DNA of 64,000 nt from a bacterium. GTDB taxonomy: Bacteria; Patescibacteriota; Minisyncoccia; Phycocordibacterales; Phycocordibacteraceae. The stretch covers positions 91,024 through 155,023 of the forward strand of contig JAJZRL010000002.1 in assembly GCA_021802705.1 (NCBI GenBank), read 5' to 3'. Shown here one piece after another: positions 57,636-64,000 of the stretch (within the stretch, counting starts at the first letter, position 1; the number at the start of each line of letters is the position of its first letter). The notes beneath the pieces are model-generated. The model searched no databases. It had not been told where the DNA came from and saw only the letters and a list, made by a program, of their open reading frames with translations. The position numbers were made by a program, and so were the translations under genes.

Positions 57636-58217
57636 ATGACGGATAACACGCTCGTCTTCTTTGTCGGGAAACCCGGTTCCGGAAAGAGCACGCAGGCAAA
57701 ATTCCTCGCGAGCCAGACCGGATGGAAAGCTTTTACTTCCGGCGATCTTTTCCGAGAGATCGCGCAAGAAGATACTCCGGTCGGACGGAAGGTAAAAGGG
57801 GAAAATGATGCCGGGCTCCTGCAGCCCCACTGGTTCGCCATTTACCTCTACCTGAACTCGCTCTTCTCCGTTCCCGAGGACACCGGCGCCATTTTCGACG
57901 GTTTCAGCAGGAAGGTTTCCGAAGCGGAGCTTGTCGTCGATTCGCTTCGATGGCTTGATCGCCCGTTTTCTGTCCTGCATCTCGTTGTTTCCGACGAGGA
58001 AGTCCGTCGCCGTCTTGAGGACAGAGGGAAGGTTTCCGGCCGTGTCGACGACCACGTCATCGATGAACGTCTGGAAGAGTATTATCGGCACACCGAACCG
58101 GCGATAGGGACATTCCGGAACGCAGACGTCCTTATCGACATCGATGGCGAGCAGACGCAAGAGCAGATCGCTGCTGTTGTCCGTAAGACGCTTGGTCTCG
58201 ATGATCGTCAAGGATAA
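57636..58217 (+). CDS. adk: adenylate kinase
   Basis: FFVGKPGSGKSTQA P-loop, short LID. Confidence 0.88.
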   Translation: MTDNTLVFFVGKPGSGKSTQAKFLASQTGWKAFTSGDLFREIAQEDTPVGRKVKGENDAGLLQPHWFAIYLYLNSLFSVPEDTGAIFDGFSRKVSEAELVVDSLRWLDRPFSVLHLVVSDEEVRRRLEDRGKVSGRVDDHVIDERLEEYYRHTEPAIGTFRNADVLIDIDGEQTQEQIAAVVRKTLGLDDRQG

Positions 58218-58968
58218 CCGCACACGGGAGAATCTTATCGAGGCGGGGCGGCGCCTCGCCGAAGTGCTCGAAACGCTTCGCGGCAGAACTGTGCCGGGAG
58301 TAACGGCCGAAGAGCTCGACGACCTCGCGGAACGGCTCATCCGAGAGGGTGGCGACGAACCGGCCTTTCTCGGCTATTCTCCGGAGGGCGCGATCCGTCC
58401 GTACCCGGCGACGCTGTGCGTTTCGGTGAACAGCGAGGTCGTGCACGGCATTCCGAATGAGTCCCGAAAGACTCTGCGTGAGGGTGACATCGTGAGTCTC
58501 GACCTCGGGCTTTCGCATGAGGGCATCATCGTCGATGCGGCCATAACGGTGCCGGTCGGACGCGTGAGCGACCTCTCGAAAAAACTGCTTTCTTCGACCG
58601 AGGCCGCGCTTGCCGCAGGTATCGCGAAAGCTCTCCCCGGGAACCGCGTCGGCGACATATCGCACGCCATAGGCGAGACGATCGAACGGGCCGGATTCGC
58701 GGTCGTGAAAGATCTCGGCGGGCACGGTGTCGGCGATCTCGTTCACGAAGAGCCGTTCATTCCGAACTACGGCCGCGAGGGTTCGGGGCCGCTGCTTTAC
58801 GAGGGTATGGTGCTCGCGCTCGAGCCTATCTCGAGCGCCGGCAAGGCCGCGATCCTCCTTGCGCCTGACGGATACACCTACAGGACCAGGGACGGCTCCC
58901 TCTCCGCGCATTTCGAGCACACGATCCTTATCGAAAAGGACGGCCCGCTTGTCGTAACCCGGCAGTAG
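58201..58968 (+). CDS. map: type I methionine aminopeptidase
   Basis: Metal-ligand contexts (DIVSLD, HGVGDLVHEEP, LALEP, FEHTI). Overlaps the adk end by 17 nt. Confidence 0.9.
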   Translation: MIVKDNRTRENLIEAGRRLAEVLETLRGRTVPGVTAEELDDLAERLIREGGDEPAFLGYSPEGAIRPYPATLCVSVNSEVVHGIPNESRKTLREGDIVSLDLGLSHEGIIVDAAITVPVGRVSDLSKKLLSSTEAALAAGIAKALPGNRVGDISHAIGETIERAGFAVVKDLGGHGVGDLVHEEPFIPNYGREGSGPLLYEGMVLALEPISSAGKAAILLAPDGYTYRTRDGSLSAHFEHTILIEKDGPLVVTRQ

Positions 58969-59041
58969 CATTTTCGCGGCGCTTCAGTATATACTGGAGA
59001 GCATTCGCGCCCTGTCGCGATTTATTTTTAGTCTATATAGC

Positions 59042-59629
59042 ATGGCGAACAAGCACCTGATCAAAGAAGAGAAGACCTATGTGATGATAAAGCCGGACGG
59101 GGTGAAGAAAGGCCTCATCGGAGAGGTCATCAAGCGTTTCGAGCAGCGCGATCTCAAGATCGTCGCTCTTGAGATGTTCCAGCCGACCTTCGAAGAGATT
59201 GATAACCACTATCCGAAGGATCCCGCGTGGGTGAAGCGTCTCGGCGAAAAGACACTCGCCACGTATGAGAAGTATCAGTTCGATGCCATGGAAGATTTCG
59301 GCACGACCGCTCCGGAAGAGATCGGTCCCGAGATCCGCACCTGGCTCGTCGATTACATGCTTTCAGCGCCCCTGGTAAAGATGGTGGTCGAAGGGACGCA
59401 TGCGGTTGATATGGTGCGGAAAATATGCGGCCCTACGATGCCGTACCAGGCGGACATGGGAACCCTTCGCGGCGATTTCTCGAACGATTCTCCCGCGCTC
59501 GCGAACGCCGAAAAGCGTGCGGTAGCGAATATCGTGCACGCATCCGAAACGCCGGAAGAGGCTCTGCACGAGATAGAGCACTGGTTCGGAGGGAAGCCCC
59601 TGCATCGCTACAAGAGGCATGGCGACTAG
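59042..59629 (+). CDS. ndk: nucleoside diphosphate kinase (long form with ~45-aa insertion)
   Basis: KTYVMIKPDGV...; the active-site His region is retained. Confidence 0.85.
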   Translation: MANKHLIKEEKTYVMIKPDGVKKGLIGEVIKRFEQRDLKIVALEMFQPTFEEIDNHYPKDPAWVKRLGEKTLATYEKYQFDAMEDFGTTAPEEIGPEIRTWLVDYMLSAPLVKMVVEGTHAVDMVRKICGPTMPYQADMGTLRGDFSNDSPALANAEKRAVANIVHASETPEEALHEIEHWFGGKPLHRYKRHGD

Positions 59630-59801
59630 CGTTTCGAAAAAGAGTATACTTGTGCAGGAGCCGTTCTTAAAAACGCAACTTGTCATATTTTAGGGAAGCC
59701 TTACCGCATTCAGGCGCGCCTGGCGAATCCTGTAAGGAATCCGATGGCCGCCGTTCAGGCACCCACCTGGCAAACAAGAGTTGCCGATAAGGAATGGCTC
59801 C

Positions 59802-59839
59802 GCGAAAATCCCGCCTCGAATATCGAGGCGGGATTTTCG
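59802..59839. promoter_or_regulatory. near-perfect ~17-bp stem-loop in the ndk / beta-CASP RNase intergenic region
   Basis: gcgaaaatcccgcctcga-at-atcgaggcgggattttcgc. Further inverted repeats lie upstream (cttac...gtaag, caggcgcgcctg). Confidence 0.45.
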
Positions 59840-59867
59840 CGTACCGGCGTATGGTAGAGTTCGGGTA

Positions 59868-61253
59868 ATGGCATTGCGGATCGGCTTTTTCGGCGGCGCG
59901 GGGAAGGTGACCGGATCGAATTTCCTCATCGAGAGCGCGCGTGCGAAGGTGCTCGTCGACTGCGGCATCGAGCAGGGAGAAGACGCGTGCCTGCCGTGCA
60001 TGCGCGAAGCATTCCCCTACGACCCCAAAAGCATCGACGCTCTTTTCGTCACGCATGCGCACCTCGACCACGTCGGCCGCATCCCGAAGCTCGTCGCGGA
60101 CGGGTTTCGCGGAGCCATATACCTGACGCCTCCCACCCGCGATCTCACGGAGCTTATCTTGCGGGACGCCGCGCATATACTTGCGGAACGCGCGCGGCAG
60201 GAAAACGTGCCGCCGCTCTACGGCCTCCCGGACGTCGAGGCCGCGCTTTCACTCATGCAGCCGCTTGCCTTCCACGAAGAACGCGAGGCGGCTCCCGGGC
60301 TCTCCGGGTTGCTGCGCACCACCGGGCACATCTTGGGGTCCGCGAGCGTGCGGATCAAGGACGAGGACGGAACCTCGATCGCGATTACGGGCGACATCGG
60401 GAACTCGCCGTCACCCCTGCTTCCGGACTGGGAACCGATACCGGATGCCGATGCCATCGTCATGGAAAGCGTCTACGGCGACCGGCTCCATCCGCCGCGC
60501 GAAACGCGCGTCGCGGCGCTCCGAGAGGGTCTCTCTCGCGCGCTTAAGAAAGGCGGCACCGTGCTCATGCCCGCCTTCTCGCTTGAACGCACGCAACTCA
60601 TGCTCTACGAGCTTTCGAATTTCTTTACGGCGGGCGAATTGCCCGAAGTGCTGGTCTTTCTCGATTCGCCGCTTGCCGCGAAAGTAACGGCTGTCTATGA
60701 GAAGTGGGGCGGGACGTACTTCAAGGAAGCCGCCGAGGACGAAATGAGGCGGGAAGGGAGCGTCTTCGAGTTTCCGTTCCTGAAAAAAACGCTCTCACAC
60801 GAAGAATCGAACGCCATCGAAGCGGTACCGGGACCGAAGATCATCATCGCCGGCGCCGGCATGAGCCATGGCGGCCGCATCGGGAAGTGGGAGGAAAAGT
60901 ATCTACCCGATCCGAAGACGACGCTCTTTATCGTGGGGTACCAGGCGCCCGGGAGTCCCGGACGACGGCTCGCCGAAGGCACGCGAAGCGTGCGCGTAAA
61001 CGGCGTACAGGTGAGCGTACGCGCGTCGGTCGAGGTACTCGAAGGCTGGTCGGCGCACGCCGATCGCGACGGGCTTCTCGATTTCGCGCAGGCGTGTGTG
61101 CCGCAACCGAAGATGATTTTCGCCGCGCTTGGCGAACCTGCTTCAGAGCGATTCCTCGCCCAGCGCCTCCACGACTATCTCGGCGCACGCGCCTCTGTCG
61201 CCGAATCTGGGGCGACATGGGAGGTTACGAAGCAGGCAGTCACGCGCCTTTGA
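59868..61253 (+). CDS. beta-CASP family MBL-fold ribonuclease (RNase J / CPSF-like)
   Basis: MALRIGFFGGAGKVTGSNFLIE..., THAHLDHVG motif, beta-CASP region. Start trimmed. Confidence 0.8.
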   Translation: MALRIGFFGGAGKVTGSNFLIESARAKVLVDCGIEQGEDACLPCMREAFPYDPKSIDALFVTHAHLDHVGRIPKLVADGFRGAIYLTPPTRDLTELILRDAAHILAERARQENVPPLYGLPDVEAALSLMQPLAFHEEREAAPGLSGLLRTTGHILGSASVRIKDEDGTSIAITGDIGNSPSPLLPDWEPIPDADAIVMESVYGDRLHPPRETRVAALREGLSRALKKGGTVLMPAFSLERTQLMLYELSNFFTAGELPEVLVFLDSPLAAKVTAVYEKWGGTYFKEAAEDEMRREGSVFEFPFLKKTLSHEESNAIEAVPGPKIIIAGAGMSHGGRIGKWEEKYLPDPKTTLFIVGYQAPGSPGRRLAEGTRSVRVNGVQVSVRASVEVLEGWSAHADRDGLLDFAQACVPQPKMIFAALGEPASERFLAQRLHDYLGARASVAESGATWEVTKQAVTRL

Positions 61254-61348
61254 ATCTTTGAATATGGAAGCGGCGCACGGTCTCAATGTCTGTGGAAACT
61301 GCGGAGCATGACGGAAAAACGGTGCCGCGATTCAAATACGTCGGCAAA

Positions 61349-61378
61349 TAAAAAACCGCCCTCTCGGGGCGGTTTTTC
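61349..61378. terminator. bidirectional intrinsic terminator between the RNase gene (+) and rplT (-)
   Basis: aaaaaaccgccc-tctc-ggggcggttttt, with an A-tract and a T-tract. Confidence 0.65.
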
Positions 61379-61381
61379 GGC

Positions 61382-61753
61382 TTATGCCGCAACTTTGCTC
61401 GCGATGCGAGCGAACGTTTCAGGATGCTCGGCGGCAAACTCGGCAAGGACCTTGCGGTTGAGCGCGATGTTTTTCTTCTTCAGTGCGTTAATGAAAACGC
61501 TGTAGGACATGGGGCGATTCCCCTCCTGTACGGGCATGGTTTCGCGGATGGCGGCATTCAGACGTACGATCCAAAGCTGGCGGAATGCTGTCTTTTTGTC
61601 GCGTCGATGAGCGAAAGCGTATTTGCCGGCGCGCATGAGCGCTTCGTGCGCATAGCGCTCTTTCTTTGAACGTACGCCTCGATAGCCTTTCGCCCTCTCA
61701 AGGATGTTTTTGCGGCGTTTCTGCGCCATGACGCCCCCTTTCACTCGTGTCAT
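61382..61753 (-). CDS. rplT: 50S ribosomal protein L20
   Basis: MTRVKGGVMAQKRRKNILERAKGYRG... Confidence 0.95.
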   Translation of the reverse strand: MTRVKGGVMAQKRRKNILERAKGYRGVRSKKERYAHEALMRAGKYAFAHRRDKKTAFRQLWIVRLNAAIRETMPVQEGNRPMSYSVFINALKKKNIALNRKVLAEFAAEHPETFARIASKVAA

Positions 61754-61780
61754 ATTGAAATTGTTATGCTAATGAGATTG

Positions 61781-61966
61781 TTAAGTGCCGGGGAGGAAAC
61801 GCCGCTTGACCCGGGCAGAGAGAACGAGCGAAACGGCGGCGCGCTTGCTTCTGCGCGTGTTGCCGCTCTGTTTTGCGTTGAAATGGTTTTGGCCGGGTTT
61901 GCGCGCGACGAGCTTTCCCGTGCGTGTTACGCGAATCCGTTTTGAATATGATTTATTGGTTTTCAT
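61781..61966 (-). CDS. rpmI: 50S ribosomal protein L35
   Basis: MKTNKSYSKRIRVTRTGKLVARKPGQNHF. Confidence 0.9.
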   Translation of the reverse strand: MKTNKSYSKRIRVTRTGKLVARKPGQNHFNAKQSGNTRRSKRAAVSLVLSARVKRRFLPGT

Positions 61967-62522
61967 GAAGTTGTTGCTGTCCTTTTTCTTCGTGTTTCTG
62001 CTTTGCCGATGGATCGCGCTCGATAACGCAGGCGAAACCTTTCGGGCTTCTCGTGATCGGTTCGGCGATCTTATAAGCGTACGGTACGCGCAAGAGAAAC
62101 TTCTCGAGGCGGCCCTTGAGGAACTCCTCGCTCATGCCTTTATAACGGCCTTTGAGGAAGAGCTCTGCGCGTACCCGGTGCCCTTCGGAAAGCCACTCGG
62201 CGACTTTCTTTGCTTTGAGAAGCATGTCATTGTCGCCGGTGCCGACCTTGATCTGTATTTCCTTGGTTTCTGAGGTCTTGACCTTGGCTTTTGCTACCTT
62301 TTCTTTTTTGCTACGCTCGTACTCAAATTTACCATAATCTGTGATCTTCGCAACGGGCGGGACCGCCGACGGAGAAATCTCTATGAGGTCGAGCGCCGCA
62401 GCTTTTGCCGCGGCGAGAGCGTCTTCAAGCGAAAGAACGCCGAGATTCTGTCCTTCGGCGCCGATAACGCGCAGTTCAGACGCGCGGATCTCGTTATTGA
62501 TACGGAGTCGTTCGGTAGTCAC
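61953..62522 (-). CDS. infC: translation initiation factor IF-3 (GTG start)
   Basis: 189 aa with IF-3-like N- and C-domains. Start codon is GTG. Confidence 0.9.
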   Translation of the reverse strand: MTTERLRINNEIRASELRVIGAEGQNLGVLSLEDALAAAKAAALDLIEISPSAVPPVAKITDYGKFEYERSKKEKVAKAKVKTSETKEIQIKVGTGDNDMLLKAKKVAEWLSEGHRVRAELFLKGRYKGMSEEFLKGRLEKFLLRVPYAYKIAEPITRSPKGFACVIERDPSAKQKHEEKGQQQLHENQ

Positions 62523-62567
62523 TGGGAGTCAATCAATCTTAACACTGGAAGAGAGCGCGGCGCAAGG

Positions 62568-63476
62568 TCATCGCGATATCTGAGTCGGGCTTGAGAGGAT
62601 CATCTCGGCGCGGTCTTGATAGGAGGATATTTTCCCGGTGAGGAAAACGGTCGTCCCCGTATAGCGGGAAAGGTCGCCGAATTTCTTCACGTCGTCGGCG
62701 AAGATGACGCCCGAGAAGGGGCAGCTCTTGTAATCACGGCAGAAGTCGAGGAAGACCGTGCCGTTTTTGGAAACGTAGGTATCGGCGATCACGCCGCGTA
62801 CGGAGGCGTACTCGCCGACGTGTGACGGCGCGTCGGCGTAGCCTATCGTCCCGATAAAAACGGGCGCGGCCGCTTGCGCGGCCGCGTTCCTTTCGTAAGC
62901 GTCGAGCAGTCGTTTCAGTATAGTTTCGTATGTTTGCCGAAGCGCAGGGTCGGTGCCTATCTCGAGCAGCTCGTCGTTTTCAGTCGTGGCGGAATTCGTC
63001 CAGTTGTAGCTGCCGAGCGCATAGGCGGAATCCGTAACGATCGCCTTTATGTGCATGATGCCGTTCCCATCGGCGTGCTTCTCCGTCTCGATGGGGATAC
63101 CGGCTCGCGTAAGTTCGGCGATGATGGGCTTGTCGTAGCTGTTCGCGCTCTCTCCGGCGTCGACGAGTCCGCGCACCTCGACCCCGCGTTTTTTCGCCGC
63201 CACGAGCGCGTCGGCGATATCGCGGAGCGTGAATTCGTACATGGCGAAGTAGATGCGGCTCTTCGCGGCGTCGATGAGCGCGATGATCTCCTTGTCGTTC
63301 TGTTTTTTGTCGAGGCTGTAGATAACGCGGACGGAGCCGGGCGGCGGAGCCGCGATGGTCTGGTCGGGTATGACGACGTCCGCATCCCGGGGCGAGCTGC
63401 CTGTCGCGTACCCGACCCCTCCGGAGGCAAGCGCAAGGACGCCTGCAAGCGCAGCCCGAGCCATTTTATGATGCAT
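62568..63476 (-). CDS. secreted PLD-family nuclease (Nuc-like HKD endonuclease) with C-terminal OB-fold-like domain
   Basis: Signal peptide MHHKMARAALAGVLALASG; HKD motif (GIMHIKAIVTDS). The upstream 142 codons of the track ORF are rejected. Confidence 0.7.
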   Translation of the reverse strand: MHHKMARAALAGVLALASGGVGYATGSSPRDADVVIPDQTIAAPPPGSVRVIYSLDKKQNDKEIIALIDAAKSRIYFAMYEFTLRDIADALVAAKKRGVEVRGLVDAGESANSYDKPIIAELTRAGIPIETEKHADGNGIMHIKAIVTDSAYALGSYNWTNSATTENDELLEIGTDPALRQTYETILKRLLDAYERNAAAQAAAPVFIGTIGYADAPSHVGEYASVRGVIADTYVSKNGTVFLDFCRDYKSCPFSGVIFADDVKKFGDLSRYTGTTVFLTGKISSYQDRAEMILSSPTQISR

Positions 63477-63497
63477 GGCATCAAGTATACTGCGTCT

Positions 63498-64000
63498 ATG
63501 GCGCTCGTATTCGATATCGAGACGGTCGGCGAATCGTGGGACTCGCTCGACGCGGATACGCAAAGCAATCTTTCGTGGTGGCTGCGCGAATCGGCGCGCA
63601 CCGAAGAAGAGTTCGAATTCGAGATGAAGGAGATCAAAGAGGGGATGGGGCTTTCTCCCTTGACCGGCTTCATCGTCGCTATCGGCGCCTACGACTCCGA
63701 GCGGGAGCGGGGCGCCGTATATTTTTCCGCCCCGGATACGGAACAGGATGTTCTCGAAGAGGGCGGTATCAAGTACGAACCTATGGACGAGAAGGGGATG
63801 CTTGAACAGTTCTGGAAGATCGCCGCCGCCTGTACGGAATTCGTCTCCTTCAACGGCCGCAGCTTCGACGCGCCCTTCCTCGCGATCCGCTCGATGGTGC
63901 ACGGGGTGAGGCCCACGAAAGACCTCCTTTCAAACCGATATCTCTCTCTACAGCGCGGATGCGCCCACATCGACCTTATGGACCAGCTCACCTTCTATGG
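63498..64000 (+). CDS. 3'-5' exonuclease-fold protein (DnaQ/PolB-exo-like), partial, runs off the right edge of the window
   Basis: MALVFDIETVG (ExoI DxE motif)...FNGRSFDAPFL. No stop in the window, so it is absent from the ORF track. Confidence 0.6.
   Translation, partial: MALVFDIETVGESWDSLDADTQSNLSWWLRESARTEEEFEFEMKEIKEGMGLSPLTGFIVAIGAYDSERERGAVYFSAPDTEQDVLEEGGIKYEPMDEKGMLEQFWKIAAACTEFVSFNGRSFDAPFLAIRSMVHGVRPTKDLLSNRYLSLQRGCAHIDLMDQLTFY

Noticed and set aside
56774-57841. 355-aa minus-strand ORF antisense to secY
   Set aside because: Overlaps the conserved SecY gene and has a low-complexity Arg/Glu-rich sequence.
59700-59800. Possible SRP (4.5S) RNA or riboswitch in the ndk-RNase spacer
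   Set aside because: Could not find the conserved domain IV motif (GGAAGGAAGCAGCC-like) or any riboswitch consensus. Kept only as an unspecified structured leader.

Overview
Summary of findings: This is a high-GC (~60%) bacterial chromosomal segment with standard code (TGA is used as a stop). It most resembles a CPR/Patescibacteria-type genome. Ribosomal protein L30 (rpmD) is absent between rpsE and rplO, and several r-proteins carry terminal extensions (S10, L23, S5, S19) while L24 is short. Type IV pilus genes encode giant pilin-like proteins, and DNA-uptake/processing genes are abundant (RecJ, ComM, secreted PLD nuclease, UvrD, Xth). Layout, left to right: recJ (partial, -) and a HIT-family gene (+); a minus-strand operon pilB-pilC-three pilin-like genes-tpiA-pgk; nusA-ppa-small ORF-clpP; rny; hup; a lower-GC islet holding a 684-aa protein with a predicted caspase/CHAT-like His-Cys dyad, next to a tRNA cluster (Gly-TCC, Pro-TGG, Gly-GCC, Arg-TCG) interleaved with a trypsin-like protease, a YraN-like nuclease and the CCA-adding enzyme; xth, xerC/D-type recombinase, rpsO; NYN-domain protein; a membrane protein with a ~42-residue polyproline tract encoded by a (CCTCCG)~21 microsatellite; a DksA/TraR-type zinc-finger protein; comM; a LysM-M23 peptidase with no canonical start for its signal-anchor; uvrD; a membrane-fused spermidine-synthase-like gene (lower GC); rsmA; a four-gene module of uncharacterised secreted/polytopic envelope proteins; then a fragmented str-S10-spc ribosomal supercluster (rpsL-rpsG | fusA | membrane protein | tuf | rpsJ | rplC-rplD-rplW-rplB | antisense DUF3298-like gene + small gene | rpsS ... 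rplO-secY-adk-map), ndk, a beta-CASP MBL RNase, infC-rpmI-rplT (-), a secreted PLD-family nuclease (-) and a partial 3'-5' exonuclease (+). The ORF track treats GTG/TTG as M and reports the longest ORF, so many starts were trimmed to the conserved N-terminus. All coordinates are hand-derived and approximate to a few nt.
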